Shown piece by piece: positions 47,562-57,647 of a stretch of DNA of 64,000 nucleotides (position 1 is its first letter; each line of letters begins with the position of its first letter). The translations under genes and the position numbers were made by a program. Below the pieces are notes generated by a model. It was not told the DNA's origin and made no database searches. It worked only from the letters and a program-made list of their open reading frames with translations. This stretch comes from an uncultured Spirochaetaceae bacterium (GTDB lineage Bacteria > Spirochaetota > Spirochaetia > SZUA-6 > DRHE01): positions 14,109 through 78,108 of the forward strand of contig CAZVHJ010000002.1 in the NCBI GenBank assembly GCA_964627715.1, in the 5' to 3' direction.

Positions 47562-48413
47562 TCATCCCTTCATCCCGCTGGACGACAAAAGGCCACGGAT
47601 GTAGTATTTCTGGCCTAAGACGAAAATCAGCAGAACCGGAATGATGTAGATGACGATTCCCGACAGTAATACGGATACCAGGAGGATGCCGTTGCGTACC
47701 ACATAACCGTTGGCCATGGCCACGGCAAGGGTGGTGTTCTGGCCGCTCAAGAAGATGACCGGACCCATGAAATCTCCGTAAACCCACAAAAACGACAGGA
47801 TGAAGACGGTGATGAGAGCCGGTTTTGACAGCGGGAGGAAAATCCTGAACAGAACTCCGATCCGGCTGCAACCGTCGATGATGGCGGCCTCTTCCATCTC
47901 TCGGGGGAAATAGGAAAAAAACTGCTTCAGCAGAAAGATAAAAAGCGGGTTCGCACCCAGGCCCCACAGGAGCCAGATGTTGTATGTACCCACCAGTTTC
48001 AACTTGGCAAAAAAAATATATTCAGGAAGGAGAACCGATACCGGAGGAATCATCAACACGACGAGAACGATGCTGAACAGGAAATTTTTGCCCGGCACGT
48101 TAAAACGGGCAAAAGCGTAGGCAAAAATCGACGCTGTCGCTATACCCGGAAGGGTGTAGATCATGGACAAGAGAATTGTATTCCACAAGAATTTAAAATA
48201 CCTGATCTTGGTAAGGGCCAGGAAATAGTTACCGAATTGATACTTCCCGGGTAAAAAAACCGGCGGATATGTAACCATTTCCTGTTGGGTCTTCAAGGAG
48301 CTCAAAACCAACCAGAAGAGGGGCATCAGGACCGCAACGGTGAAAACAGCCAGAAACAGGTAAAGCAGTGCCTTTTGTATTGATCGCCTTACCCGAGTGC
48401 TACTCGTACTCAT
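47562..48413 (-). CDS. carbohydrate ABC transporter permease (MalG-like)
   Basis: Six TM helices, EAA-like loop (EEAAIIDGCSRIGVLFRIFLPLSKP). Confidence 0.8.
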   Translation of the reverse strand: MSTSSTRVRRSIQKALLYLFLAVFTVAVLMPLFWLVLSSLKTQQEMVTYPPVFLPGKYQFGNYFLALTKIRYFKFLWNTILLSMIYTLPGIATASIFAYAFARFNVPGKNFLFSIVLVVLMIPPVSVLLPEYIFFAKLKLVGTYNIWLLWGLGANPLFIFLLKQFFSYFPREMEEAAIIDGCSRIGVLFRIFLPLSKPALITVFILSFLWVYGDFMGPVIFLSGQNTTLAVAMANGYVVRNGILLVSVLLSGIVIYIIPVLLIFVLGQKYYIRGLLSSSGMKG

Positions 48414-49329
48414 AGTACACCAGCTTGTTGATGATTTTTAGGAATACAAAGGTGAGCAGTAGCATGATAATGAACATCATCCACACCACAGCCATACCGT
48501 ATCCGAAACTCTGATTGGTAAAGCACTGCTGGAAGGCATAAATAATAGTGAAGTAGTTCTCAAGCGGCGGTTGCTGATTCAAGAAAGCGGTGAACGCCGC
48601 CCCAGGGGATGAGGTGAGTAATATGGGCTGAACGATTACGCTGAAGGAGAGCATAATGCCGACAACGGCCTGGTACAGAATGATCGGAGACATAAGGGGC
48701 AGGATAATTTTTACCAATTTAAAAAGCCCGCTTGCCCCGTCAATATCCGCGGCTTCGACCAGCTGTTTCGGGATATTTTGAAGCCCGGCCAGGAATATTA
48801 TCATGCTTCCCCCCGCCTGCCAGACGAACATTACGATCAGCGTAAAAGTGGGCAGATCAACGAGAAAATTCTGGGCCACGTTGGGGTTGAAAAGTGCGAG
48901 TATAATATTGATCAACCCCGACTCCCGGTTAAAAAGGGTTTTCCAGATATATACCGTGGCAATGATCGGTACTGCATAGGGCACGAAAAAGACAGATCGA
49001 AAGAAGCCTTTGCCCTTCAGATTCCTGTTTAAAAGATGGGCAACAGCGAAACTGAAAACCAGAGTAGCCAGGACGTTGAAAAAGGTAAAACGCAGGGTGT
49101 TGAATATTGAATTGACGAAGCGATAGTCAGAAATCAGCTTCACATAGTTAACCAAGCCCTTGAATCGGGGAGCAAAGATTCCGTCGAAGGTTGTTAGGGA
49201 CAAATAGAAACTGTAGGCCATGGGAAAGACATTAAGGAACAGGAACATAGCGATCCACGGACCTATCAGCAGGTAAAATACCCTGGTCTCTCTCTTCATC
49301 CTTTCTATACTAATATGTCCTTTCCTCAC
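48400..49329 (-). CDS. carbohydrate ABC transporter permease (MalF-like)
   Basis: Six TM helices, EAA-like loop (VEAADIDGASGLFKLVKIILPLMSP); 14-nt overlap with the downstream permease. Confidence 0.8.
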   Translation of the reverse strand: MRKGHISIERMKRETRVFYLLIGPWIAMFLFLNVFPMAYSFYLSLTTFDGIFAPRFKGLVNYVKLISDYRFVNSIFNTLRFTFFNVLATLVFSFAVAHLLNRNLKGKGFFRSVFFVPYAVPIIATVYIWKTLFNRESGLINIILALFNPNVAQNFLVDLPTFTLIVMFVWQAGGSMIIFLAGLQNIPKQLVEAADIDGASGLFKLVKIILPLMSPIILYQAVVGIMLSFSVIVQPILLTSSPGAAFTAFLNQQPPLENYFTIIYAFQQCFTNQSFGYGMAVVWMMFIIMLLLTFVFLKIINKLVYYEYE

Positions 49330-49410
49330 AAAACACCCCGCCAGGGAAGGAATCTGAACGTGATTCGGCCGTCCCCGGCAGGGTTTTTTTCACTTGATGT
49401 CTGAAAGGGC

Positions 49411-50706
49411 CTACATCTCTTTGGCGATCACAGAATTGATTTGATCGGCGAGGTTTTTCAAAGCCGTGTCAAAACTAACGGTGCCCTTCAAGGCTGGTTC
49501 CATATGCTGGTTAAAGGCAGACACCAGCGCGGTCTCCCTCAGGTATGACGGGAACTGAAGGATGATCTGATAGGGAAGCTCTTTCTTGACCTGATTGAGC
49601 CGGTAGGCGTCAAAGGATGTGTCCTGGGGACAGTATTTCAGCAGAGACTTAAAAGCCGGCAGCCCCCAACCGCTCTCGGCTCTGGCCACAGCTTCGTCCT
49701 CCAGCATGTAATAAGCCCAGAAGGTCCAGGCGGCGTCATAGACTTTGGTGCCGTTGAAGATAACATAACCGGTGCCGCCGCCGGTGGCATTGACCCGCTT
49801 GCTGCCGTGAATCGGAGCCGGTGCAAATCCAAAATGGTCCGGAGGAATCTGCCCCCCTTCGTTGATAATGGGTCCGAACCAGTAGCCGTCCCACATAATC
49901 GCGACACGCCCGGCCTGAAGCAAGGGACCTCCCCAGTCAGGAGCCGGGTCCAAAGGATTGGGCATGGCATGGTGCTGTTTTGCTTCGTCAAACCACCATT
50001 TGAAAAGGTCATAGACGTCCGGATCATCAATATTCAGTTTGGTCCCGTCCTCGGTGAAGAGCCACTTTCCCTTGGAGGCAAGCATGGTGAGGAAATACCC
50101 GTTGAACTCGTCGTCGGTGTAGGCAAATCCATAACGCTCCACTTTTCCGGCTTTGTAAACCACAGTCTTGTTGATCATCCGGGTGAAATCAGCCGTGCTC
50201 AATGGGATATCGTCGCTGGGATTGGCCACACCCGCTTCGGCCAAAGCATCCTTGTTGTAGTAGTACATGTAATCCAGGGACCAGTCCTTGACCAGGCCGT
50301 AGTACGGTCCTTTGCCCTGGGTCGTTCCGTCGAAGCGGTACATACCGTTGACCGGGAACAGATCGTTCATGTCGATCGTTTGTTGCAGCTTGGATGTGAT
50401 ATCTTTCAGGAAATCCTTCCTGATCCAGTAGGGCAGCCCGATACCGTTGACCCTGAACACATCCGGAGGATTTCCACCGGCGATCATAGTCATGAGCTTG
50501 GTGAAATCATTTTCAACGACATCTACCTTGACATTCGGGTTCTTGTTTTCAAAATCAGCGATAACCTCATCCGGCATCTCCGCCGCATCGCGCATCAGGG
50601 TAATGGTCACCGCTTTTTTCTCCCCCTGACCGCCGGCGGCAACGAAAAACGCCGGAATCAGAATGAGTGCCAGACAGAATAATAAAAGTCGTCTCTTCTC
50701 GTTCAT
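49411..50706 (-). CDS. sugar ABC transporter substrate-binding protein
   Basis: Signal MNEKRRLLLFCLALILIPAFFVAAGG; GAAGGAGAAGAA RBS upstream of the ATG at 50706 (the annotated 20-codon upstream extension has no RBS). Confidence 0.8.
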   Translation of the reverse strand: MNEKRRLLLFCLALILIPAFFVAAGGQGEKKAVTITLMRDAAEMPDEVIADFENKNPNVKVDVVENDFTKLMTMIAGGNPPDVFRVNGIGLPYWIRKDFLKDITSKLQQTIDMNDLFPVNGMYRFDGTTQGKGPYYGLVKDWSLDYMYYYNKDALAEAGVANPSDDIPLSTADFTRMINKTVVYKAGKVERYGFAYTDDEFNGYFLTMLASKGKWLFTEDGTKLNIDDPDVYDLFKWWFDEAKQHHAMPNPLDPAPDWGGPLLQAGRVAIMWDGYWFGPIINEGGQIPPDHFGFAPAPIHGSKRVNATGGGTGYVIFNGTKVYDAAWTFWAYYMLEDEAVARAESGWGLPAFKSLLKYCPQDTSFDAYRLNQVKKELPYQIILQFPSYLRETALVSAFNQHMEPALKGTVSFDTALKNLADQINSVIAKEM

Positions 50707-50899
50707 TTCTTCTCCTTCTAATATGAACAATGTGTCAGATTCTTGTTCAGAATCCCCCGATTCCATCTAGATCACGTGCAACCTGCATCACCTCCTCTCT
50801 ACATATAAATTTCGATGGAATCATTTCCTCTTTTCTGTTGGAATGGTAACACGACAGCCCAGCATTGTCAACGGCCTTTATAAAGTCTTATTATAATGC

Positions 50900-50928
50900 T
50901 TGACACAAATATACCGCTTCGCTAAGAT
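50900..50928 (+). promoter_or_regulatory. near-consensus sigma70 promoter TTGACA-17-TAAGAT upstream of the GHMP kinase gene
   Basis: Seen directly: TTGACA (50900-50905), 17-nt spacer, TAAGAT (50923-50928); AGGAGG RBS at 50962-50967. Confidence 0.6.
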
Positions 50929-50970
50929 GGCAGGAATTAGTACCGGGAACATCACGAACCCAGGAGGGGT

Positions 50971-51918
50971 ATCATCGACACGATCACAGCCAGAAGCTCA
51001 GGACGAATCTGTTTACTGGGAGACAACGCCGATCTTATTGAAAAACCGGCCATCGCCGCGGCCATTTCCTCTTATATGACGATTGAGCTCACCAAGCGAA
51101 AGGACGACCTTGTTGTCCTGACCGGCCGGGATATAGGCTTTCAAGAGGAATTCAGGTTGGGAGACCGCCTGACCTTTGAGTCGCCCTTAAAATATGTCAA
51201 GGCCGTGTATCAACGTTTAAAAGACAGGGTAGACTCAGGTTTTAATGCTGTAATCCACTCCCAAATCCCGATCAGCGCTGGGCTCTCCTCCTCGGCGGCG
51301 CTGTGCATTGCCTCAATCCGGGTGCTGTGCAGGGCCTACGGCATCCCGTTCCTTCCCGGTGAAATCGCCGAGCTGGCCTTCGAGATCGAGAGCTGCGATC
51401 TCAAGGTTGAGTGCGGCCGAATGGACCAGTACGCTATCGCTTTCGGCGGGATTACCTACATCCATACCGGCGTCGACGCTGGTGTGGAAAAGCTGCCAGG
51501 TGACTCACTACCGGTTGTCGTGGCCGACACCCTGGAGCAGCACGACACCAAGGAGCTCCAGAGCTGGCTGCGGCAACGCATCGAGTCCAAAGAAAAACTG
51601 CTCCTGGATTCCCTGGTTCGGGTCGTCGATATCGTTGAACAGGGCAGAAAGGCCTTGCTGAAAGGGGATCTGGACACCCTGGGGGCGCTCATGAACAAAC
51701 AGCAGGCGGAGGAGAGGCTGATGGGCACATCCACGGACCGTTTAGAGAACTTTTGCGCGGCCGCGCGAGATGCCGGCGCCCTGGGCGCCAAGCAGATGGG
51801 CGCCGGTGGAGGGGGATGCATGATCGCCCTTTGCCCGCTCGAGGGATTGGAAAGCGTAAAATCTGCGCTTGAATCTCTGGGTGCCCCGGCCTGGGTTTTT
51901 AGGATTGTAGAGGATTGA
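50971..51918 (+). CDS. GHMP-family sugar/small-molecule kinase; conserved N-terminal motif lies upstream of the first ATG (51076), implying a non-ATG/GTG/TTG start (ATC/ATT) or an N-terminal lesion
   Basis: PISAGLSSSAALCIAS (GHMP motif II) plus C-terminal GAGGGGC motif III. In frame upstream of ATG 51076 the sequence encodes IIDTITARSSGRICLLGDNADLIEKPAIAAAIS (classic GHMP motif I, GRxxLxGEHxD) with an in-frame TAG at 50938 and no canonical start in between. Confidence 0.6.
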   Translation: MIDTITARSSGRICLLGDNADLIEKPAIAAAISSYMTIELTKRKDDLVVLTGRDIGFQEEFRLGDRLTFESPLKYVKAVYQRLKDRVDSGFNAVIHSQIPISAGLSSSAALCIASIRVLCRAYGIPFLPGEIAELAFEIESCDLKVECGRMDQYAIAFGGITYIHTGVDAGVEKLPGDSLPVVVADTLEQHDTKELQSWLRQRIESKEKLLLDSLVRVVDIVEQGRKALLKGDLDTLGALMNKQQAEERLMGTSTDRLENFCAAARDAGALGAKQMGAGGGGCMIALCPLEGLESVKSALESLGAPAWVFRIVED

Positions 51919-51931
51919 CGTTCATTTTTTC

Positions 51932-53128
51932 CTATCTAGGGAGGGACTTTATACTTTCAATCAGGTAGTCCAGGGCTTCCTGGGTCTGCCTAGGGTTGAT
52001 GGGCAGGGTGACCAGGCGTTCGGCGGTGGCTTCCGCCACGGGATACTGCCCCTTCTTGAATCCCCTGCGGGCAAAAGCCTGGCTCAGGTGGATGGGTGTA
52101 TAGTGGGTGCCTACCTTGATGCCTCTCTCATAGAGCATAGCATAGATAAAATCGTCTTTCCCCATCCCATACACCTTCTGGTCTATGAGCACGGGGTACA
52201 GATGGAACACATGTTTGTTTTCAGGTTCGACAGTGGGCAAGGTCAGCCCGGGTACTTCTTTTAGCCTTTCCGTTAGATAGGTGGCGTTGTCTATCCGGCG
52301 CTGGTTGAATCCATCCAACTTGGTCAGCTGGATACGCCCGACCGCGGCCTGTATATCGGTCATGCGGAAATTGTAGCCCACATCGTCGAAGTCCTGAAAC
52401 CAGAAACGTTTGCCCATAGGGATTTTGGACTCGTCGAGACGAACGTATTTGGTGCTGTTGCCGTACACCCTGGCGCAGTGGGATCGGTACAGGGAGAAGC
52501 GCTCGTAAAGATCGGGATCGTTGGTCACTACCATTCCCCCCTCCCCCAGCGTGGAGATGTTTTTCTGTTCGTGAAAGCTGAAACATCCAGTGTTGCCCAT
52601 GCTTCCCGCCTTCCGGCCCTTGTACTCACCCCCCACAGCATGACAGGCGTCTTCAATCACGACAAAGCCTCTGGATTCAGCCATTTCCAGAATGGGGTCC
52701 ATATCGCAGCACTGTCCGTAAAGATGAACGGGCAGCACCGCTTTGGTATTGGCCGTGATCTTGCCTTTAAGCTGTTCCGGATCGAGATTGTAGGTGACCG
52801 GATCAATGTCCACAAAATCAACATCAGCTCCCAGGGTGCCTGCAGCGGCGGCCGTTGCGATCCAAGTCAGAGGAGAGGTCAGGACCCGATCCCCTTTTGT
52901 TGTCCCTACGGCCACAAGAGAGAGAAACAAGGCCGCTGTCCCATTGGAAACAACCCGGGCATATCGGGTTCCACAGTAAGCGGCGAACTCTTCTTCAAAC
53001 TTCTGGCAGGCGGCACCTGAGGTCGGCGCACCTTGTCTGAGTACCTCGATAACAGCCTCCTCCTCTTCGGGCCCGTACTCGTTGCCGTGCTTGATCTGCA
53101 GGTCGTATTTAATTTCAGGGTTGCTCAT
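51932..53128 (-). CDS. DegT/DnrJ/EryC1/StrS-family PLP-dependent sugar aminotransferase
   Basis: N-terminal GPEEEEAVIEVLRQG, ...AVGGEYKGRKAGSMG (PLP-lysine region); length 398 aa. Confidence 0.8.
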   Translation of the reverse strand: MSNPEIKYDLQIKHGNEYGPEEEEAVIEVLRQGAPTSGAACQKFEEEFAAYCGTRYARVVSNGTAALFLSLVAVGTTKGDRVLTSPLTWIATAAAAGTLGADVDFVDIDPVTYNLDPEQLKGKITANTKAVLPVHLYGQCCDMDPILEMAESRGFVVIEDACHAVGGEYKGRKAGSMGNTGCFSFHEQKNISTLGEGGMVVTNDPDLYERFSLYRSHCARVYGNSTKYVRLDESKIPMGKRFWFQDFDDVGYNFRMTDIQAAVGRIQLTKLDGFNQRRIDNATYLTERLKEVPGLTLPTVEPENKHVFHLYPVLIDQKVYGMGKDDFIYAMLYERGIKVGTHYTPIHLSQAFARRGFKKGQYPVAEATAERLVTLPINPRQTQEALDYLIESIKSLPR

Positions 53129-54030
53129 AACTCTTTGTCTCCCTTATACTCGATGACTAGTTCCAACGCCTGGTCAAAATCGAGCATCGGTGTAGCCAGA
53201 ACTGCCTTTGCCCTGACGTTAATCAACGATACGTCCCTGGGCCGTTGAGCACGGCCGCTGTTGACGACAGGCTTCTTGTCGATTACCGACTCAGGAGGAT
53301 ATCCCAGTTTGCCTACAATCCTTTGAGCCATGTCAAATCGGTCCATCGTGTCGTTTCCGGAGATGTGCAGGATACCCCTGTAGTTGTTTCCGGCCAACTC
53401 CAGAACAGCTCGGCTCAAAGTGATCACGTCCAGCGGCGATCTGATTTCTTGCTTGGGAAAGGCGACGGTCCGGCCTTGCTTGAGCTCTTTGATCATCCGC
53501 CAGAGGAAGGAATTGCCCGCCTCGAGTACGGGAAGCCCTACGACCAGGGAGGGCCGGATGATGACCCAGTTGTCACAGCCCTGCTGAACGATTTTTTCAC
53601 CTTGAACTTTGGTCTTTCCATAAAAGTGTAATGGTGCGGGCGGATCTTCTTCTACATATTTTCCCTTTCGACCATCGAATATGCTGTCAGACGAGAAGTA
53701 GATCATACGCACGCCTGCACCGGCACATAAATCCACCAGTGTTCGGGTGATTCCAACATTTACTCGTTCCGCATCCTCTTGGTGGGCCTGACAATAGTCG
53801 ATATCAGAAAGCGCGGCCGTGTGGATGACTACTTCCGGTTGAACTGTGGAGAAAATCTCCCCCAGGGCATCGGAGTCCTGAAGGTCAAGAACATGCCAGA
53901 TCAAGTTGTCCCCGGCCAGATCCGTCGGCACTTTCTCCAAGCCATGGACGGTCATACCCTCCCCGGCCCGGGTAATGATGTTTCCGGCTACAAAACCACC
54001 GGCACCGGTGATCAACACATTCCTTACCAT
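53125..54030 (-). CDS. NAD-dependent epimerase/dehydratase (extended SDR)
   Basis: VLITGAGGFVAGNI (GxxGxxG), 301 aa; 4-nt overlap with the downstream DegT gene. Confidence 0.8.
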   Translation of the reverse strand: MVRNVLITGAGGFVAGNIITRAGEGMTVHGLEKVPTDLAGDNLIWHVLDLQDSDALGEIFSTVQPEVVIHTAALSDIDYCQAHQEDAERVNVGITRTLVDLCAGAGVRMIYFSSDSIFDGRKGKYVEEDPPAPLHFYGKTKVQGEKIVQQGCDNWVIIRPSLVVGLPVLEAGNSFLWRMIKELKQGRTVAFPKQEIRSPLDVITLSRAVLELAGNNYRGILHISGNDTMDRFDMAQRIVGKLGYPPESVIDKKPVVNSGRAQRPRDVSLINVRAKAVLATPMLDFDQALELVIEYKGDKEL

Positions 54031-54187
54031 AACTGTTCCTCTTGTCTATTTTTACTGTAGAGTATTTACTTTGTCAATAAGCTTTATTAAGCCATCTAAT
54101 AAACTTATCGTTGTAGAATAGTGCAGAGGCTGAGATCCAGACTTCGGCGTTTCTTGATAATCGAATCTGACTGCTGACTTCCACCGT

Positions 54188-55336
54188 TCAGCCGCTGTAT
54201 ACGACCTTTCCCGCGCGGATCGTCTTCAGGATCTTTAGCCTCCGCTGCTGCGGCTCGTGCTCGAATAGCACCAGGTTTGCCGGCGCCCCGGGCTGGAGGG
54301 TCCCATAGTTCGGCTCCAGCCCTAGGAGACGGGCCGGATTGCTGGTGACCAGGGGAATGATCTCGCCAAGGCTGAGTCCGGTGACTGCGGCGAAGTGGGG
54401 GATGTCCCAGTCGAGCAGGTGGGCTGCTCCGGCCAGGATTTCGCTTCCCGGCAGACCGAGGTGACCGTCCTCGAACACCTGCACATCGATATTACCTCTA
54501 TGGTAGATACCGGGTTTGAAGGCGGCCAGATGGGCCACATCGCTGACTAAAATCATACGCTCGGGTCTTTTGGCTCGGGTAAACACCTTTAGGACCGCAT
54601 CGGGCAGGTGAAAACCGTCGCTGATGATTCCCGCAAGCAAACGGTCCTCGGCCAGCTGTTCCCAGATGTAGTTGTGCAGCCTGGGGATCATGGTGTGGCT
54701 CCCGTTTCCCAAATGTGTGGACAAACGCGCCCCCGCGTCCACGGCAGCCCGGATCTGCTCCCCGCTGGCTGCAGTGTGCCCTATTGCGGCAATGATTCCC
54801 ATGGCAGTGATTTCTTCTATAAAACCCGGCGCTCCCTCCCACTCGGGAGACAGGGTAATCATTCGGATGCGACCTCCCGCCGCCTCCTGCCATCGTTTCA
54901 CCTCCTCGATGTCCGGGGGACGAACAAAGGAAGCATCGTGGGCGCCGCGGGCTCCATTCTCTGGAGAGATATATGGTCCTTCAATATGGATTCCCGGGAT
55001 TCCGCGTTCGAGATTCTTATCTGCCTCCACGGCCCGGGCGATGGCGCTGAGGTTGCGGAGGATACGATCTTCCGGGCCGGTGACAATCGTGGGAAGGTGC
55101 TGGGTCGTTCCGCAACGGTCGAGGTGGGAGACGATCTGGGCCACCCGATCCGTCGCAAAATCTTCCAGGCTGTAATCATTGTCCATGTAGCCGTTGACCT
55201 GTATATCGAGAAACCCCGGGGCGAGACACGGCAGATCCCTGCTTTCCTCAAGGGGGTTGACCGCGACGATGCGATCGCCTTCAAGCTGCAGGGCCATGGG
55301 TTTGTTTGTAAATATCGAAATCCCTTGTACAATCAT
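54188..55336 (-). CDS. nagA: N-acetylglucosamine-6-phosphate deacetylase-like amidohydrolase
   Basis: GFLDIQVNGY (metal-binding), IHIEGPYIS, AIGHTAA, STHLGNGSHTM, LVSDVAHLA motifs parallel NagA HLEGP/GH/THLFNAM/VTDA pattern. Confidence 0.65.
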   Translation of the reverse strand: MIVQGISIFTNKPMALQLEGDRIVAVNPLEESRDLPCLAPGFLDIQVNGYMDNDYSLEDFATDRVAQIVSHLDRCGTTQHLPTIVTGPEDRILRNLSAIARAVEADKNLERGIPGIHIEGPYISPENGARGAHDASFVRPPDIEEVKRWQEAAGGRIRMITLSPEWEGAPGFIEEITAMGIIAAIGHTAASGEQIRAAVDAGARLSTHLGNGSHTMIPRLHNYIWEQLAEDRLLAGIISDGFHLPDAVLKVFTRAKRPERMILVSDVAHLAAFKPGIYHRGNIDVQVFEDGHLGLPGSEILAGAAHLLDWDIPHFAAVTGLSLGEIIPLVTSNPARLLGLEPNYGTLQPGAPANLVLFEHEPQQRRLKILKTIRAGKVVYSG

Positions 55337-55386
55337 TGCCCTATATTCTACAGGAAATCGGACTGCCGTAAAAAGGCGTTATTGAC

Positions 55387-56676
55387 TTGTTACTGTCTGT
55401 GCCTGCATTGGCGAAAGTATTGGGAACTCTGGCGTTGATCCTGATCGTCAACGTGGTCACCAGGAACCTAATGGTGGCTATTGCTGCCGGTGCTCTTGTA
55501 CTGGGGCTGTGGTCAGGACAGCCCCTATCGGCGGTCGGGCGTATCGCCTGGGCCCGCTTCTCCTCCCTCGACAACCTCCTGCTCATGGTGGTGATCTGCC
55601 AGATCATCTGGCTAAGCTCGCTCATGGCCAAGACCGATGTGATGCAGGACATGGTCCAGGCGGTGCGGGAACGGGTTGCCCATCGTCTGTCCTTTGCCGC
55701 TCTACCCGCTGTAATTGGTCTGCTTCCCATGCCCGGGGGTGCCATGTTCAGCGCACCGATGGTGGACAGCGCCGACAGGAAGGGGCAGCTCCCGACCTTG
55801 CTGAAAACCCAGAACAACTACTGGTTTCGCCACATTTGGGAGTACTGGTGGCCTCTGTATCCGGGAGTGATTCTTACACTCGATCTGACCGGCCTGGAAA
55901 TCGGGCAGCTGATCTTAGCTCAGCTTCCCGTCAGTCTTCTGGCCATCACCGGAGGATACCTGTTTCTTCTGCGGCGCATCCCGCGGAATGGCGATGAGAA
56001 TCCAACCGAAAGCAAAAAGGGCAAGTCTCTTCTTGCTTTAACGGCACCCATCGTCACCGTAATCGCAACATACGCCGCAATCCTGGTTGCCTTTCCCGCG
56101 GTCAAAAATATCAGCAGATACATACCGATCATGGTTGGGCTTTTTCTCTCTCTGATCGTGCTGCAGATCCAAAGAAAGGCGAATTGGCGCAGCTGGACAG
56201 AGGTACTGCTTTCCCGGCGCACCCTGTACATGACGGTTCTGGTGGCGGTTATCCGCATCTATGGGGCGATGATCGAAGCGCGGTTGCCAGACGGAATGCT
56301 GCTGGTCGAGCATATGCGGGGCGAGCTGGCGGGGATCGGGGTGCCGGAGAGTTTATTCATCCTCCTCATTCCCCTGATCTCCGGTTTGGCCGTCGGCATC
56401 AATGTGGGGACGATTGGAGCAAGTTTCCCAGTGGTGCTGACCTTGCTCGGCCCCTCCCCACAGTTGCACGTTCTGCTGCCAACGGCGGTCCTGGCCTATG
56501 CCGCCGGGTTCATGGGGCAGATGCTCTCGCCGGTACACGTGTGCCTGGTGGTTTCCAACCAGTATTTCAAGACCTCTTTGCTGCGCAGCCTGGGCGGATT
56601 GCTCCTGCCCGTGATCGTTGTGTTGGGGGGAACCTATTGTTTCACTCTCCTGTTGCGGCTCCTGTTGACAGGGTGA
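55387..56676 (+). CDS. polytopic integral membrane protein (DUF401-like putative permease)
   Basis: 429 aa, about 10-12 hydrophobic helices; TTG start; no catalytic motif recognised. Confidence 0.5.
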   Translation: MLLSVPALAKVLGTLALILIVNVVTRNLMVAIAAGALVLGLWSGQPLSAVGRIAWARFSSLDNLLLMVVICQIIWLSSLMAKTDVMQDMVQAVRERVAHRLSFAALPAVIGLLPMPGGAMFSAPMVDSADRKGQLPTLLKTQNNYWFRHIWEYWWPLYPGVILTLDLTGLEIGQLILAQLPVSLLAITGGYLFLLRRIPRNGDENPTESKKGKSLLALTAPIVTVIATYAAILVAFPAVKNISRYIPIMVGLFLSLIVLQIQRKANWRSWTEVLLSRRTLYMTVLVAVIRIYGAMIEARLPDGMLLVEHMRGELAGIGVPESLFILLIPLISGLAVGINVGTIGASFPVVLTLLGPSPQLHVLLPTAVLAYAAGFMGQMLSPVHVCLVVSNQYFKTSLLRSLGGLLLPVIVVLGGTYCFTLLLRLLLTG

Positions 56677-56762
56677 GAGCGTGGGCCGTGTTGTTCCCGG
56701 AGTGCAACTTCCGTTATACTGGCGCCAAGGGAAAAAACTGATCAAAGGAAATCGGGGAGGAT

Positions 56763-57647
56763 GTGATGGAGATTAAAAATGTCGGCTGGATCGGCACAGG
56801 CGTTATGGGCCGCTCGATGTGTCTACACCTGGTCGAAGCGGGCTACACCGCTTTTGTCTACAACAGAACCAAAGCAAAAGCGCAGGACCTTCTTTCCGCC
56901 GGGGCTACCTGGTGCGAAAATCCCCTCGAGGTAGCCCGCAAAAGCGACTGCGTCTTCACGATTGTTGGTTATCCCGCCGACGTGGAGGAGGTCGTTCTTG
57001 GCGATCAGGGTGTGCTTGCAGGGGCCAAGGCCGGATCGATCCTCGTCGAGATGACTACATCGGAACCGACGCTGGCCAAACGAATCTACGAAGTGGCGAA
57101 GAGCAAGTCCGTTGCCGTCTTGGATGCTCCGGTGTCCGGGGGAGATGTGGGCGCCCGTTCGGGAAAACTGGCCATCATGGTCGGCGGAGATCGGAAGATC
57201 TTCGATCAGGTGATGCCGCTGTTCAAGCTGATGGGGGAAAACATCGCCTACATGGGTCCGGCCGGAGCAGGCCAGCACACGAAGATGTGCAACCAAATCC
57301 ACATAGCCACCACGATGATCGGGGTGGTGGAGTGTCTGCTCTACGCCTACAAGGCGGGAGTCGATTTGGAAGAGATGATCGCCGTGGTCGGAAGCGGAGC
57401 AGCTGCTTCGTGGAGCCTCAACAACTACGGACCTAGAATCGCCAAGGGCAACTTCGATCCGGGTTTCTTCATCAAGCACTTCGTGAAGGATATGGATATC
57501 GCCCTCAAGGAAGCCCGGCGGATGAAACTCAGCCTGCCGGGGCTGGCTATGGCTCACCAATTCTACGTCTCGGCTATGGCCATCGGCCTGGAGAATATGG
57601 GAACCCACAGTCTCTACAAACTCTTTGAGCGGATGAATCAGATATGA
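56763..57647 (+). CDS. NAD(P)-dependent 3-hydroxyisobutyrate/2-hydroxy-3-oxopropionate reductase family oxidoreductase
   Basis: VGWIGTGVMGRSM (GxGxxG Rossmann), 6-PGDH NAD-binding domain pattern, catalytic-Lys region; 294 aa. Confidence 0.8.
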   Translation: MMEIKNVGWIGTGVMGRSMCLHLVEAGYTAFVYNRTKAKAQDLLSAGATWCENPLEVARKSDCVFTIVGYPADVEEVVLGDQGVLAGAKAGSILVEMTTSEPTLAKRIYEVAKSKSVAVLDAPVSGGDVGARSGKLAIMVGGDRKIFDQVMPLFKLMGENIAYMGPAGAGQHTKMCNQIHIATTMIGVVECLLYAYKAGVDLEEMIAVVGSGAAASWSLNNYGPRIAKGNFDPGFFIKHFVKDMDIALKEARRMKLSLPGLAMAHQFYVSAMAIGLENMGTHSLYKLFERMNQI

